Shown: piece after piece, positions 39,421-52,385 of the stretch | Numbering within the stretch: position 1 is the stretch's first letter | Layout: every line of letters begins with the position of its first letter | Assembly (NCBI RefSeq): GCF_009914755.1 | Contig: NC_060937.1 | DNA from: the human T2T-CHM13v2.0 reference genome, Homo sapiens | DNA length: 64,000 nucleotides | Strand: one strand, 5' to 3' | Notes under the pieces: generated by a model | What the model saw: the letters and a program-made list of their open reading frames with translations, nothing else | Told to the model about the DNA's origin: nothing | Database searches by the model: none | Translations under genes and position numbers: made by a program

Positions 39421-41817
39421 GACTAAAGTGAGTGCATTCCTAGTGTCTAATGGACGACATCTGAAAATAGCCTTGAGTATGGCAGAAGGCTCCCTACTTG
39501 CCCAGTTTAGGGCTTCTAATTGCCCTGAAGCCCCTCAATGTTCTGAATGCCAGAGAGAAAAGATGACTTACTCACTACAGATTTGATGGTACTTTGAACT
39601 CTGATCTTCCTTCCTGATCCACCTGTTATTATTATTATTTTTAGAATCCTCAAACCCTTGTTCTAATTATGTTGCTATAGCCACACTCAATGGGAAAGAC
39701 AAGATGGAGTGTGCTTACTTCATCTTACTCAGAAACAGATCTCCTTACATGAATTTAAATATATTTATAAACTGTAGAAGGAGGAAGAAATTGGGAAATG
39801 ATCTGATCCAAATTTCTGCCTTTAGGTGGTAGCGTCACAAGCCTTCCGGGCCACAGGCTTCTTTCTTCCTAGAAATCTCTAGGGGAGGTGTTTTCATATT
39901 CTTCTTTCCCCTTTCCATCCAGTGTTGAACCACCCTAATGGTCAGGAAATTATGTAAATGAGGATAAAACCTGTTTTATTTATTGGTAAAGGAAATTCTC
40001 ATTTAGTGACGTGTATTTCTTTCAATACTAAATTGGCACTAAATTTTGAGTGCCAATGTAATTGAGAAACCAACATTTTGAAGAAGAGAGAACATTCTGA
40101 TGGTCGACCTTCCCCTGCCCCCTGCACTGTCAGATAGATGGCTCCAGCTCTTTCTCAATGTCTAGATGGCCAAGTTGATTTGGCTTGTCTTTGAAGATAT
40201 TTGTAGCAATGCTCCAGTGACTTACTCTCTTAAAGAAAGTTTCCTCACCCTGTTTTCAGTACCTAGCAGGGCAAAGGTCCAGAATGTGCTTCTAAACTTT
40301 AGATTAACTATTCCAAGGCTACAGCCTTGATAAATGTGGCACTTAATTTAAAGAAAGCTGGGAAATAACATTTTTAAAGAAAGAACGCATGGACATATGG
40401 AGGCTTCTTCAATGTCCTTTCAGATACAGACTCCATTCTAGAAACTTTGCCTGTTCATTGGAGGTATCCTTACTCTAATTTTTCTGAGTGCATAATGCAT
40501 TTTGTGTTTTCCTGTTTCATTACAAATGTGTCCTCTGGACACTACATTTCTACTATTGGGGAAATCCATTGGTAGACTGAACTCATTTAATTTTCAGCTA
40601 CACTTACACCTGTGTATAGTTTCAGGTTCTTTCCTTCTCCTAGTTTAATAATGCTTAGCAATTCCAGGGTTAATCATGTCAGTTGAAGCTGACTTGTCAA
40701 CATGAAGAGAGTGATGGGGAAACAAATAGAAATGTGATTTGGTGTGACCATATGTGGAAATAACTTTAGCTTCAAGTTATGCACTGGTTGCAGTCTAGCT
40801 TATCTCCCAGCTTTGTTCTCTTCTTTGTCCTTATTCATTTTAACATCTTTCATCTTTTTCTTTGAGGGGAGTATTATCTACTATCTATGTATATGTGGGA
40901 AGGTGCTTGTGCTTATACAGTATCTGATTATTTTAATGATCAAGGCAAAAGCATGCATGATATTCTTTAGTTGTGCAGTGTAAAAGTAAGCATAAAAAAC
41001 AGTACATATCACAGAGAGGCAGTCCCTGTTGAACTGCTGCTTGTGAGCCTTTTCAAGAACAATGTGTAAAAACTGGAAATTGCCTGTCAAGTTATTTGTT
41101 CTGCTTGGACATTGCATGGAGTGATTAATATTTAAAACCTACTCTTGCTCACTTCAGTTTAATCTGAAGAGAGTGGACCTATGGAAAAATGAGGTTAAAA
41201 CAAAATTTTGTTTTAGATCTCTAAGGATAAGGAAGCATTTCTTTTTTAAAGGGTGGCCAGAAAAGTCAGCCATTGATGGGTGAAAATTTATTTCTTAAGA
41301 TCTTAAGCCAAATTTCATATTTGCATTTGAAAAAGCCTTCTCCTTTCTGCACAGTGAGAAAAGTGGTGGGGAAGGGAAGCTACTTGAACTGCTAAGTAAT
41401 ATTTAGTCACTTGGTTCATTTACCAATCTGAAAGCTAAATTGGGGGTCGAAGAGAAAACCATTATAGCTCATTGCTAGGTAGCAGACTTTTTGAAACACT
41501 GTATAATTATAGCACTCAGGCCAAAAATATTCCTCAAATGTGTCCTGAAGTATGTTGCCTCAGGTTAAGTAATCTAGTTACAGACACAGTGATTACTATG
41601 GTTTTTATGAGCAAGCCTCATACCTTGCTTAGGAACGAGTAGTTCCTTAGGAATGTGTAGATTCCTTAGGAATGTGTAGATGCTTGGTTTGGCACTTCCA
41701 TGGAAGAGTGGAGAAATGTACATAATGTGAAAGCTCCTGACAAGGTAGTATCTAGTAGTCCACATCTCTTAGAAATGATACAATGTTCATTTCTGCTTAA
41801 TTGCATGAGAAAGTGAG

Positions 41818-42190
41818 TGTCAAGTGTTGGATGTTTTGTTTCACCCAAGTTCATATGTTGAAGCCCTGCACCTCAGTGTGATGGTATTTGGAGGTGAGGC
41901 CTTTGGGAGGTAACTGGGGACAGATGAGATCATAAGGGTGGGGGCCCCATTATAGGATTAGTGCCCTTATAAGACACTGAGAGATCAGAGCTTTCTCTCT
42001 TCCTGCCATGTGAGGATGCAGCTAGAAAGTGACCATCTGCAAGCCACGAAGAGAACCCTTACCAGGAATGGAATCTGCTTGTACCTTGATCTTGAATTTC
42101 CTAACCTCTAGAACTGTGAGATACAAATTCCTGTTGCTGAAGCCACTCAGTCTATGGTATTTATTATGGCAACCTGGTCTGACTACTGCA
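41818..42190 (+). mobile_element. MLT1A-like MaLR solo LTR
   Basis: 'ttcatatgttgaagccct..gtgatggtatttggaggtgaggcctttgggagg..ggattagtgcccttataag..gaactgtgag..cagtctatggtat'. Confidence 0.88.
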
Positions 42191-43037
42191 GTGAGTACAA
42201 AGTGAAAATATAATAAAAATGTTTAAAATCACCACACCTTTGTTAGTTTCTGGCTTGATTGGAGTGTTATATATAAAGAAAGAAAATGGTAAGCTTTTAA
42301 AGCTGCTTGAATGAAATCTTAAAAATTCAGAGAAAAATAATTGATAGATGTTGAATTGTACATGATTGGGGACAACTGTTAAGCTTTTAACTTTCATATA
42401 CTATATCAGAGGTGGGTCTAAAACCTCAAAGCAATGTAGCATAAATTAATTTTCAAATTTAATTTTTTTCTTCAGAGTTTTGTATAAGATTTTTTATGGC
42501 ATTTGATAACTTCCAATTACTTAAGACTGTTAAAAAACTCTTATGTTATTTCAACTGAAAGTGAAAGGGGAGAATGCCATTCTAGAAATGTTGTATTTAC
42601 ATAAAATGATAGCAATGTATTTTACATATGTATAAAGAATGGATGGAAAGATGTATGGAATCGGAAACTGAGAAATATCCTTTAAATCAACTTTCTTTAG
42701 GAGCTTTACATTGCATTCATAATTGAAAAATTCAAGATTTTCAAGAAAAAAACTAAAACATTTCTCAAGTCAATATTGATCCCCAAACTCAGTTTCATAT
42801 GCTCGAAGACATTTCCCTCCATTTTTTAAAATGGGAAATCTTAAGCTTCCAAACACTGCATCGAATTTTAATTCAGCTCAGATAACAGTGCATAGAAAAC
42901 TATGAGTTCCACGTGAGTATTTTTTTTATAGGCACAGAAACAACCAATTTGAAGGACGTTTTTTCTGAAAGTTGAGTGATTCCCCAAGGATCGATCACCT
43001 GATTTAATTGAGAAATATGAGCCAGACACTGACTTCT

Positions 43038-43038
<1 letters not shown>

Positions 43039-43068
<30 letters not shown>
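43039..43068. repeat. (GT)15 microsatellite
   Basis: Direct reading. Confidence 0.95.
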
Positions 43069-43071
<3 letters not shown>

Positions 43072-43249
43072 TGTAATTTCCAAATATGTGGGCACCTTAT
43101 GTAGATACACATAAGATTCAACTAGGCATCTTATCTTAAAAATCACTCAAAAGTAAAATAACTTTATACAAAGTTGGAATATCAATCGAAAGCATATACG
43201 CCACAACAGAAGAACTATTCCACTCCTATGTAAAGCCAAATGACCCTCC

Positions 43250-44670
43250 CGTGCTCCGAATTTTATTCCCTGTTTGCTGACTTGACTCCTATAATTTTAA
43301 TTTCTCTGTCTTGCATCATCAACTTCTTCCTCTCTAATGAACATTTCTATTAGCTTAAAAATGGCGTATTTCCTATCTTTGAAGAAAGTTCTTCCTGTTC
43401 TTCCTCTTCAGCTACTGATTAATTTCTCTGTTCTTTGTGGAAAAGTTCCCTGAAGGAGCTACGTAAACCTATCACCTTGACCCCCTTATTTTCTTGTCTC
43501 TCTTTATCATATTCCACTTAGACTTGTGTCTTCATCACTCTAACCACATTTGTTATTGCCATCCATGGTTAATTCCAAGTTCTTAATTGATTTCTCAGAA
43601 ACTTTTTGCTTTCTCCTAATTAGTATGTAAATTCTTTTTTCCCAGCTGTATTGAGACCTAATTGATAAATAAATTATATATATTTAAAGTGTACTACTTG
43701 ATGTTTTGATATTCATATACATAGTGAAATGACATCTAAATCAAGCAAACAACATTTCCATTACCTTACATAATTACCATGTTCTTTCTCTCCCTTTGTT
43801 TTTCTCTTTCTTTACTTCTTTCTTTCCCGAGAACACGTAAAATCATCCCTTTTGGTAAATTTCAAGTGTGCAATAGATTATTGCCAGGTATAGTCACCTT
43901 GCTCTATATTAGATCTCAGATCTCCAGAACTTATTTATCCAGCATAACTAAAACTTAGTATCCTTCAACCAATATCTCCCCATTTCCCCTCTCCCCAAGG
44001 TCCTGGCAAGTTCCATTCTACCCTCTCTCAGAGGATTCTGACATAATTATTTTTTTCTTCTTGAAAAATTATTCAGCTGGCTTCTAGGATAAGATCCCTG
44101 AATTATCCTAGAATAAGATCTCCTGAATTCTCCCAGGATAAGATCTCCTGAATTCCTTTTATTTTCCTCACTCTCAGTCTCCTATGCTGGTCCTTTCTAC
44201 TATTCCCAATCTCTAATTGATGGAATGCCTCAGAGTTTAGTCCTTCACCATTTTTTTAAACTATTCTCACTTCCTAGACAATTTCACCTACTCCATGGCT
44301 TTAAATAATATCCATATGTTTCTGGCTTCCAGATTTTTATTTACAGATCTGATTTTTCCACAGAGCTTAGATTTATATATTTGACTTGCTATTCTTCACC
44401 TCTATTTGGAGGTCAAACAGGAACATCAATCTTAATTTGCCTGAAACTAAGACCTTATATTCCCTCTCCAGACTGCTTCTCCTATAGTCTTTCCCAACTC
44501 ACAATTTAGTATTTTATTTTTCTGTTGCTCAGGCAAAAAACACTGGCGACATCTTGACTGTTCCTCATTTCCCAAATATTTTCAAGACCTGTTGACTCCA
44601 TTTTCAAAATATATCCTGACTCCAACCTGTTTCAGTCATTTATTGTATGACACTAACCTAAGTCATTCAG
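43250..44670 (+). mobile_element. L2 (ORF2/3' region) interrupted by an L1MA 3' end
   Basis: 'ctctgtcttgcatcatcaactt', 'ggaatgcctcagagtttagtcct', 'ccatggctttaaataa', 'gttgctcaggcaaaaaac..catcttgact'. Confidence 0.7.
43633..44026 (-). mobile_element. L1MA8-10-like 3' end
   Basis: 'tatttaaagtgtact..gatgttttgat..atagtgaaatga', 'tatagtcaccttgct..agatctccagaacttatt..gcataactaaaactt'. Confidence 0.8.
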
Positions 44671-44699
44671 GTATTTATCTATAATTTGTTCTTTTTCCC

Positions 44700-44910
44700 A
44701 AAATATTTTATTTTTTAAAGCAGTTTTAGATTAACAGAAAAATTGACCAGAAACTATAGGAATTTCCCATATATTTTGTTCTTTTTCCATCTTTTCCATT
44801 TAGTTTAGGTCTTTGATACTTCTGAAATTTATTTTTGCACATGGTGTGAGGTTGAATTTTAATTTTTTTTCCTTTGTCTTTTATATTTAGCAAGTTTTCA
44901 GTTGCCTTCA
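44700..44910 (-). mobile_element. Short L1MC-type 3' end plus L1M fragment
   Basis: 'agcagttttagattaacagaaaaattga..aatttcccatata'; 'atttttgcacatggtgtgagg'. Confidence 0.6.
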
Positions 44911-46445
44911 ATCTGCCACCAAGGCACTCATCTATAACCAGTTTTTCAATGGTATTTTAGTGCTCTTGTTACGTGATGATACTGCAAACATTGGGAATCC
45001 AGTCACAGAGCTAGCAGCTGGCTTGTCTCAGTTTCTGGTTGTGAGGCTGTGTCTTTGTTACCCTGTCGCCTGAGGCATGAGTGAGCATGAGTCTTGTCCC
45101 CTATCTTATGCAAAACCCTTTTAGTCCTCATTGATCCCTAGGAATGCAATCCCCATGACTACTATTGACAGGAGGCCATGAAACCTGGACATGAGGTCCA
45201 CTATTTTTGTTCTGTATCTGATCTGCTGAAATGGCCAATTTTGTCTCCTTCTTTTTATCTGTTTATATTTTATCTGTTCTTGTTGCTTGTTTCAACTAGA
45301 AAAGTTGGGTGAAGTCAGGAACTCAGAGCTGTCTAGATTGAAAGTCAAAGATGATCCTTTGGCAATGTCCTTTGACAACAATGCTTTAATCTAAACAATT
45401 AGTTTCAAAGATGATGTTTCCAGTTCCTAAGGTAGGCTGATAATGTATTGTGAGCCAGAAATAAGCTTACATGTCTTCTTATAGCATGTAGACAGCATCT
45501 CTCCAATCTCATCAAGAGCACTTGAGAGTACTTGGCTGATTTGAGAGAGAGAAACAAGGTAACATTTTCTTCTACAACTAGTGTTTTCATATATGTCCTT
45601 GAAAATGTTCTTAATGATATAAAAATGACCTCAGGATAAATGACTTTGGATTGAGTTTCAGTGCATTATTTCTGTGGCACAATAGCAGTGGCAGGGTTTT
45701 AATCCCTAAAAATTTTATTTCTAAAATATCAGTTAAAATGCATGGAACAGCAGCTCTTTGTGGTAGATGTTTTCAAATGTTATATATTTTTATCCTCCTT
45801 TTATAGGGGAATTTCAAAGAATTATGTTACTTTCTCAGTTGGAGTAGTCTGGATTTGACCTACAGATTTCCCTTTATTTCATCTTATTGTATTTTCATAG
45901 ATGAGAATGAGAAGCAGTGGGCTCTACAACAAAGGTTCCCTAATTAGGCTGATAGTAATTTATTTTCCATTTGAGTTAGTGCTCACTTATAAATCTTGGC
46001 TGTTAACATTCCAATGTTTTCATTCATTCATTCATATGAATGAATAGTGCTGAGTGTCTGCACTATACTAGACATGGGGCTACAAGGTCAACTAAAACAT
46101 GGTCATTTACAGTAAATAAGACAATCATTCTTCCCTTTGAACATGGCTAATAAGAGTGCAATGTTTTATATTTGGCAGTAAAATGTATACATGTTTTCAT
46201 CCTTGGACCATTTACAGGATATATTTACCTGCTATTTTATATATAATTGGCTAATGGCTTAGTGAACAGATAAAAACCCTTTAAGGCATATACTTTCCAC
46301 TGGACATCATTTTCAAGAAAACAGAAAACAACTTTTTAGGTGACATGGAAGGTCTCTATTAAGAATATTTTTGTAATCTTGTCAGAACAAAATTCTGCAC
46401 TTGCAAATAAGATGCTACAACCAGCATCCAAAATGCTCTATAGCC

Positions 46446-46580
46446 ATATATAATATATATAAATATATATTATATATAAATGTAAATATATATTATATAT
46501 AAAATACATAAATTATATATAAAATATATAAATTATATATAAACATATTAAAATAATATATACATATATGTATGTATATG
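46446..46580. repeat. Degenerate (TA)n / AT-rich low-complexity tract
   Basis: 'atatataaatatatattatatataaa..' repeated units. Confidence 0.85.
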
Positions 46581-47239
46581 ATGCATCCCAAATACTAAAA
46601 CAAATAGCATGGCTCCTGTGCATACAAATTCATAATTTTCCCCTATCTACTTGTGAGTGCCTTTGAGGTACAGAGTATGCCTTACTTGTCTTTTTTTTTT
46701 TTTTTAAACTGGGACCTTGGCACCTGGTTGATACTCAAAACATATGTATAGACTTTTTTGAATGGATATTTAATGTCGTTGGTTGAATGGATTAACTAGA
46801 AGGAAGATGGGTGAATAAATTGATGTCTGTATTCATATACAACCCTCTGTAAGATATCTAACACTTCACTGTGTGTCTTTAGGGCGGGGGATGGGAGGGC
46901 GGGGAAAAACAACCCTGACAGTTTCTTTGGGGCATGTACTTTATATCTGGCTTCTTTTATCCTCAGGTTGTGGAAGTGTGGAGCCACAGATAAATGCTAA
47001 CTTCCTCTTTTGTATCTGGCTGCCAGGCAATTTCTATTACAATTTGAAAGGATCTTCCAAAGTTCATATTTTTCTGGATTTATCTGCTTAACTCATTGCT
47101 TAGATAGATAGGTTGTCAACTAGAGCTTGAAGCTATTTTCTTGGACATACCACTGCAGTGGTACTTGCTGCAACATGAACTATGTGCTATAGAGTGAGTT
47201 TTTCTTAAATTGTTGGATGAATATATATGATAAAGAGTT

Positions 47240-47650
47240 GTGTAACTTTCCACCTATGATGAATTTTTTCATTATATTTCTACATATCAAACCTCAAAAT
47301 AATCTGAAAAGAAACTGGTTTCATATTAAGTTTCAGATATGAAAATGAAACTCAGAGAGGTGAGGTGATGTGTTTACTGTCATTTATTTCACCATTCATG
47401 CCAGACACTCTCCTGGGTGGGAAGGATTCAGTAATAACAGAGAAAATCATTGCCTTCAAGGAGTTTATAATTTTGGGGGGCAGAAAGGACAAGTAAAAAA
47501 GTGATTATACTACAATAATGAAAACTATATTTAATGGATAAACAGAGTACCTTGAAAACACATAGGATGTACATTTCTATAAACTGACGGAAGTCAGTGG
47601 AACTTGAACCAAATTTATGGTTTCAAGTCCAGAGCTTTATCTACTGTAAC
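47240..47650 (-). mobile_element. MIR interrupted by an L2 3' end (47380-47590)
   Basis: MIR 'cagatatgaaaatgaaactcagagaggtgaggtga' and 'gaacttgaaccaaattt..tcaagtccagagcttt'; L2 'atgccagacactct..cattgccttcaaggagtttata'. Confidence 0.6.
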
Positions 47651-49626
47651 AAGCCTTTTTCTCTTTTATCTCTGATTTTTTCTTACACATGTTGGAAGCT
47701 GGTTAACAAAAATTAGTATGTGAGAAATTCAACTTCAAATGAAGAGAAGAGCTGGGTCTTCACAATGCTCAACTTTTGGTATTAGAGACTTCTAGAGAGG
47801 CTTGCAGAATGGAATGCAAGAATTGGTTAAGAGTGGGACCTTTTAGCAGCAATACTAACAATTGATTTCCAACTCCAGGCTTCTGCTATCCCAAGCACTT
47901 GCTTAGGAAAACCTATCCAATCTTTCAACACACATACTAAATAGACACAAAGATTTCATGAATAAGAAAAGGGTGAGGTGCATACTTATAGCTCCTTAAA
48001 TGTTGATAGCTGATTCTGATGATTCTTCCTATTTCTTAAGTCACATCAACTCCTTATTAAACTAGGAAGACTTTTGATTTCCAGGATTTGTTGAATGGAA
48101 ATAAAAAGTGAACGTACTGTGGAGTTTTTGGTAATGAGATTCAAAAATAGAATTTTAACTGGGGATTAATATTAGAATATTCCTGCATAATATTTGACCT
48201 TTGTGGCTTGGAGCACCAGAGCTTCTTTCTCGTGCAGATTTCCTTTTCTAATATCCTGAAGCTATTTCCTTTGTATTTCATAGTTCCCCCACTGTTTAGC
48301 TGTTTTCTCCATATACTCCCTCAAATGTGTATTCTTTCATTATCACTTAGCAAACCAGAATCAAAGTCAATTGCTGGGTAGCTTAAATTCCAGTGATCAG
48401 TTTTCTGATTTCCTGACCTCCAGACTTTCTCGGTTTCCTCTATGTCTTCCCTTTGTTTTCTGGAGTAGCTAATACTTTCTTCATAGATAAATATTCCCAG
48501 CTCCACTCATTTTATCTTCTACCTAATTCTCCGTATGCAGCTGTTGCAGTGATTTCTTCTCTTTCTATGATCTTCCCTTAAGTCATGCTCAAGTTTTTGT
48601 CATGTCTTAAGAATATGAACTGTTACCAAAATTGACAAATACTATAAAAGATTTTCAACTTTAATTAAATATTTATTACTTTACTTCTGAGCCTGTGGAT
48701 TATTTTTATATAATATAAAGTTACCTGATGTCATCCTTATCAAAGCTAAAATTTCACCATCAGTTTGTCAAAAGCAACATGACATGCAACAATTACTTGG
48801 TTTTTAGGGACAATTGCTTAAAACTGAGGCTATTTATTTAGTATTATATGTATTTTTTATAACTTTATTGATGTATAAGTTACATACTGCAAGACACATG
48901 TGTTAAGAATAAAGTCAATGAGTTTTGGCATATATGTAAAGCCATTCAACTATCAAAATAGTCAAAGTTTAGAACATCTTCATCACCCCCAGAGAGCAGA
49001 CTCATATCCCTTCACAGTCAAACATCATATTCTGAACCTCTGGTCAACTCTTTTTGCCATAGTTTTATTTTTTTCTAAAATATCATATAATTGGGATCAT
49101 ACAGTATGTGTCCCGTTGGCTTCTTTCAGTTAGCATAATACTTTTCAGGCTTAATCGTGTATAGCAGTACTTTTCTCTTTATTGCTTATTTATATTTCCT
49201 TGTTCGGCTTTTTCACATTGTGTTTATCCACTCACCAGTTGATGAACATTTGGATTGTTTCATTCTTTACCTATTAGGAATAAGGCTGCTATAAATATTT
49301 GTGTAAAGGTCTTTGTGTGGATAAATGCTTTAATTTTTCTTGGGCAAATACCTATGGGTGGAATTGCTGGTTCATACAGTAGATTTACATTTAACTTTGA
49401 AGAAACTGCCAAACTGATTTCCAAAATGGCCATAAAATTATTCATTCCCACCAGCAATTTATAAGAGTTTCTGTTGCTTCACCTTGTCAACACTTGATAT
49501 TGTCAGTCGACATAATTTTAGCTATTTAGCTATATGTGCAATGGTAGCTTATTGTGATTTTAAGTGGCATTTCCTTTATAACCAGTGATGTTGAGCATCT
49601 TTTTACTGGCTTTTTGGCCATTCATG

Positions 49627-49702
49627 TCTCCCTCTTTTTCTCTCTCTCCCTGTCTTAGTCTCTCTCTCTCTCTCTGAATCTCTCTCTCTCTCTCTCTCTG
49701 AA

Positions 49703-49733
<31 letters not shown>

Positions 49734-49772
49734 CTCTCTCTCTCTCTCTCTGAGTCTCTCTCTCTCTGTCTG
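49627..49772. repeat. Compound (TC)n microsatellite with periodic TGAA/TGAG interruptions
   Basis: Direct reading. Confidence 0.92.
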
Positions 49773-50481
49773 TGAGGTATCCATTCAAATCATTTGCCCA
49801 TTTTATTGAATTGCTTCCTTATTATTAAGTGTTCTTTCTATGTTCTGGATACATTTTGTCAGATATGTTTTGTAAATATTTTCTACCAATCTGTATCTTT
49901 CTTAACAGTGCCTTTAGGTGAACAAAAGTTTTGATGAAGTCCACTTGATATATTTTTTTCTTTTATTGTTCAGGCTTTTTTATTTTATCCAAAATGTGTT
50001 TGCCTGTCTCAGGATAATAAAAACTATCTTTTATGTCTGCCTTTAGAAGTGTCACAGTTTTAATTGTTACATATGTGTCTCTTTCTCAATGTCTATTGAG
50101 ATTACCATACTGGTTTTTCATTTTATTTTGTTAATATTGTCTATTACATTAATTGATTTACAGATATAACTAATTTCATTTACTGCCCTTGCTTATAGAG
50201 GTCTATTTTTAAATTTCTTCTCCAGACAGTTTTGGTAATTTTGTGCCTTTTAAGAAATTAAGAAAATAAACTTTTTGGTATAATTTGTTCATAGTTTTCC
50301 CTTTTCATTCTGTTGATGTCTGTAAGATCTGCTATGAAGATCCCTCTTTCATTCTTGATACTGATAATTTATGTCTTCTCCCATGTAAGGAGGAGCAATC
50401 TATAGGTGTCAATTATGTCAAATTAGTTGACAGTGTTGTTCAAGTCTTCTATATCCTTACTGATATTTCTTTTTCTCTCAA

Positions 50482-50738
50482 CTTTATTGAAGTATAATTG
50501 ACAAATTGAAATTGTATATATTCAAGCTGCGTACAATGTGATGATTTGAAGCATGTGTACACTGTGAAATAATTATCACAATCAAATTAATACATTCATC
50601 ATAAATATTTATATCTTTTTTTGTATGTGTTGTGGTGAGGATACTTAAGGTCGACACTTTTAACAAATTTCAAATAAACAATACAGTTGATTATTAACAG
50701 TAATTATTAACTATAGTCACCATGGTGTACATTATATC
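50482..50738 (-). mobile_element. L1MA9-like 3' end nested in older L1
   Basis: 'ctttattgaagtataattgacaaa..gtacaatgtgatgatttga..tgtggtgagg..aaatttcaa..actatagtcaccat'. Confidence 0.8.
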
Positions 50739-52385
50739 TGTTGATCTTTGGTATATTTAAAAATTTTTTACTGAGAAGTATTAAAGTCTTTAAGTATAAT
50801 TGCTGATTTATTTTTTCAATTTTGTCAGTTTTTACTTTATGTGTTAAATGCTTATGAATTTAAAGTTGTTATATCTTACTGCTGTTTGTTGTAGACAGCA
50901 TATACTGGATATTGCTTTTTAATTCAATATCCAGTGTATCTGATACTGCTTTTTTGTTTTACTACTTCTATTTTTTGCCCTCTTTTTGCTTCAGACAAAT
51001 ACTTTTAGTGTATAATTTTAAAGTTCTGTTGTCTTTTTAGCTATATTTTCTTGCATTTTTCAGTAATTACCCTAGGGATCATGACATTTATCTATAACGA
51101 ACTATTTCGAGTTACTACTGACTTTCTTCTGGTAAAATACAGAAGCTTTCAGATCTGTCAATCTAACATTGAAATCTTGATTCTTGATGAAAAATTTCGG
51201 AAAAATCTAACAAGCCTGAAAACAGTTTGAAAAAATGATACCCTAGAAGAAACAATAATTTTACAGCATAGAAGTCTTAAAAAGAGTTTTAGCTTTCTTT
51301 ACAGTTATGAAAACGTCTTCTCAGTAATTATACACACACACATACACACACACATATGTGGAAATAGGGGCAATATTGACCCATACATTTAATTGATTTA
51401 TTTTAGAACAATCTTGCGAATCATTTTAGCAAAGGGTAGCAGTGCAAAGCATTGTTTTAGTGTTGTAAAGAATAAAAATAGTAAAAAAACACATTATTAG
51501 TCCTTACAAAATTTTCTGTATAAAATAATTATTCAGGAAAAAATGTGGTAGGTATAAAAAAGGGAGTACAAATAAAGTATATTGGGTACTCAGCAGATAT
51601 AGGAAGAATTTGAGATATAGGTAAGGATTTCATTAAAGCGATGGCTTTTGAATACAGCTAGGCCATGATGGGTGGATAAAAGTTTGATGGGTGAAGATGG
51701 AGGCGATTGACTTGCCAGCCAGATAAAACAACACGAGAAAAGCCAGAGAGGAAGAAAAAAACAGATAACACTGTGTAGAGAAGCTTGCTTCAATAAATAT
51801 TTGTTAAGTGAATAAAATTTTAATGTACTATTTATAAAGCAAGTGTTAATAAGGCAAATATTTTAAATGGATTTGTAGTTAAACTGTTAAGCCTGAAAGA
51901 AGTTTGAAAAAAATAATACCCTAGAAGAAATAAACATGTTCCTCAGCATGGAAGTTTTAAGGAATTTGGTAGTTTGCTTTATGGTTAGAAACATGTCTTT
52001 TCAGTAATTACATGGTGACTAATTTTATTTTAAAGCTAAACACTTCATTTGAAATGTATTTGATTCTGCAGATTGAGTATAGACTAAGAAGCTTTGGATA
52101 GAAAGCTAAGTATGAGTTATAACAGTAAGCAAATAATGAAATCTACTTGGAGTTCTTTCCTTTTACTTAAACAAGTAATCAGCCTCTATGATTTTAGTGA
52201 CATTCACTCCTCTTTCTTCTTTCCTTTCAAAGGCATTTACTTAAACCAGACTTTTCCCTCATCTCTCTCGATCACTTTGGAGACTCAAGCTAACATACTA
52301 ACTCTTGCTTTCACACACACTTTCTGTTTCTTCTTCCTGTAGTTAATAACATCGGATGGAGTGTGTTGTAATAAATACAATTGAG

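Larger units (their letters stand above)
48850..51130 (-). mobile_element. Old L1MB/L1ME-type element(s): 3'UTR plus ORF2 fragments
   Basis: 'aactttattgatgtataagttacatac', ORF 49260-49457 (NLLYEPAIPPIGICPRKIKAFIHTKTFTQIFIAALFLI) matches L1 ORF2p C-terminus, 'agtgatgttgagcatctttt'. Confidence 0.8.
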
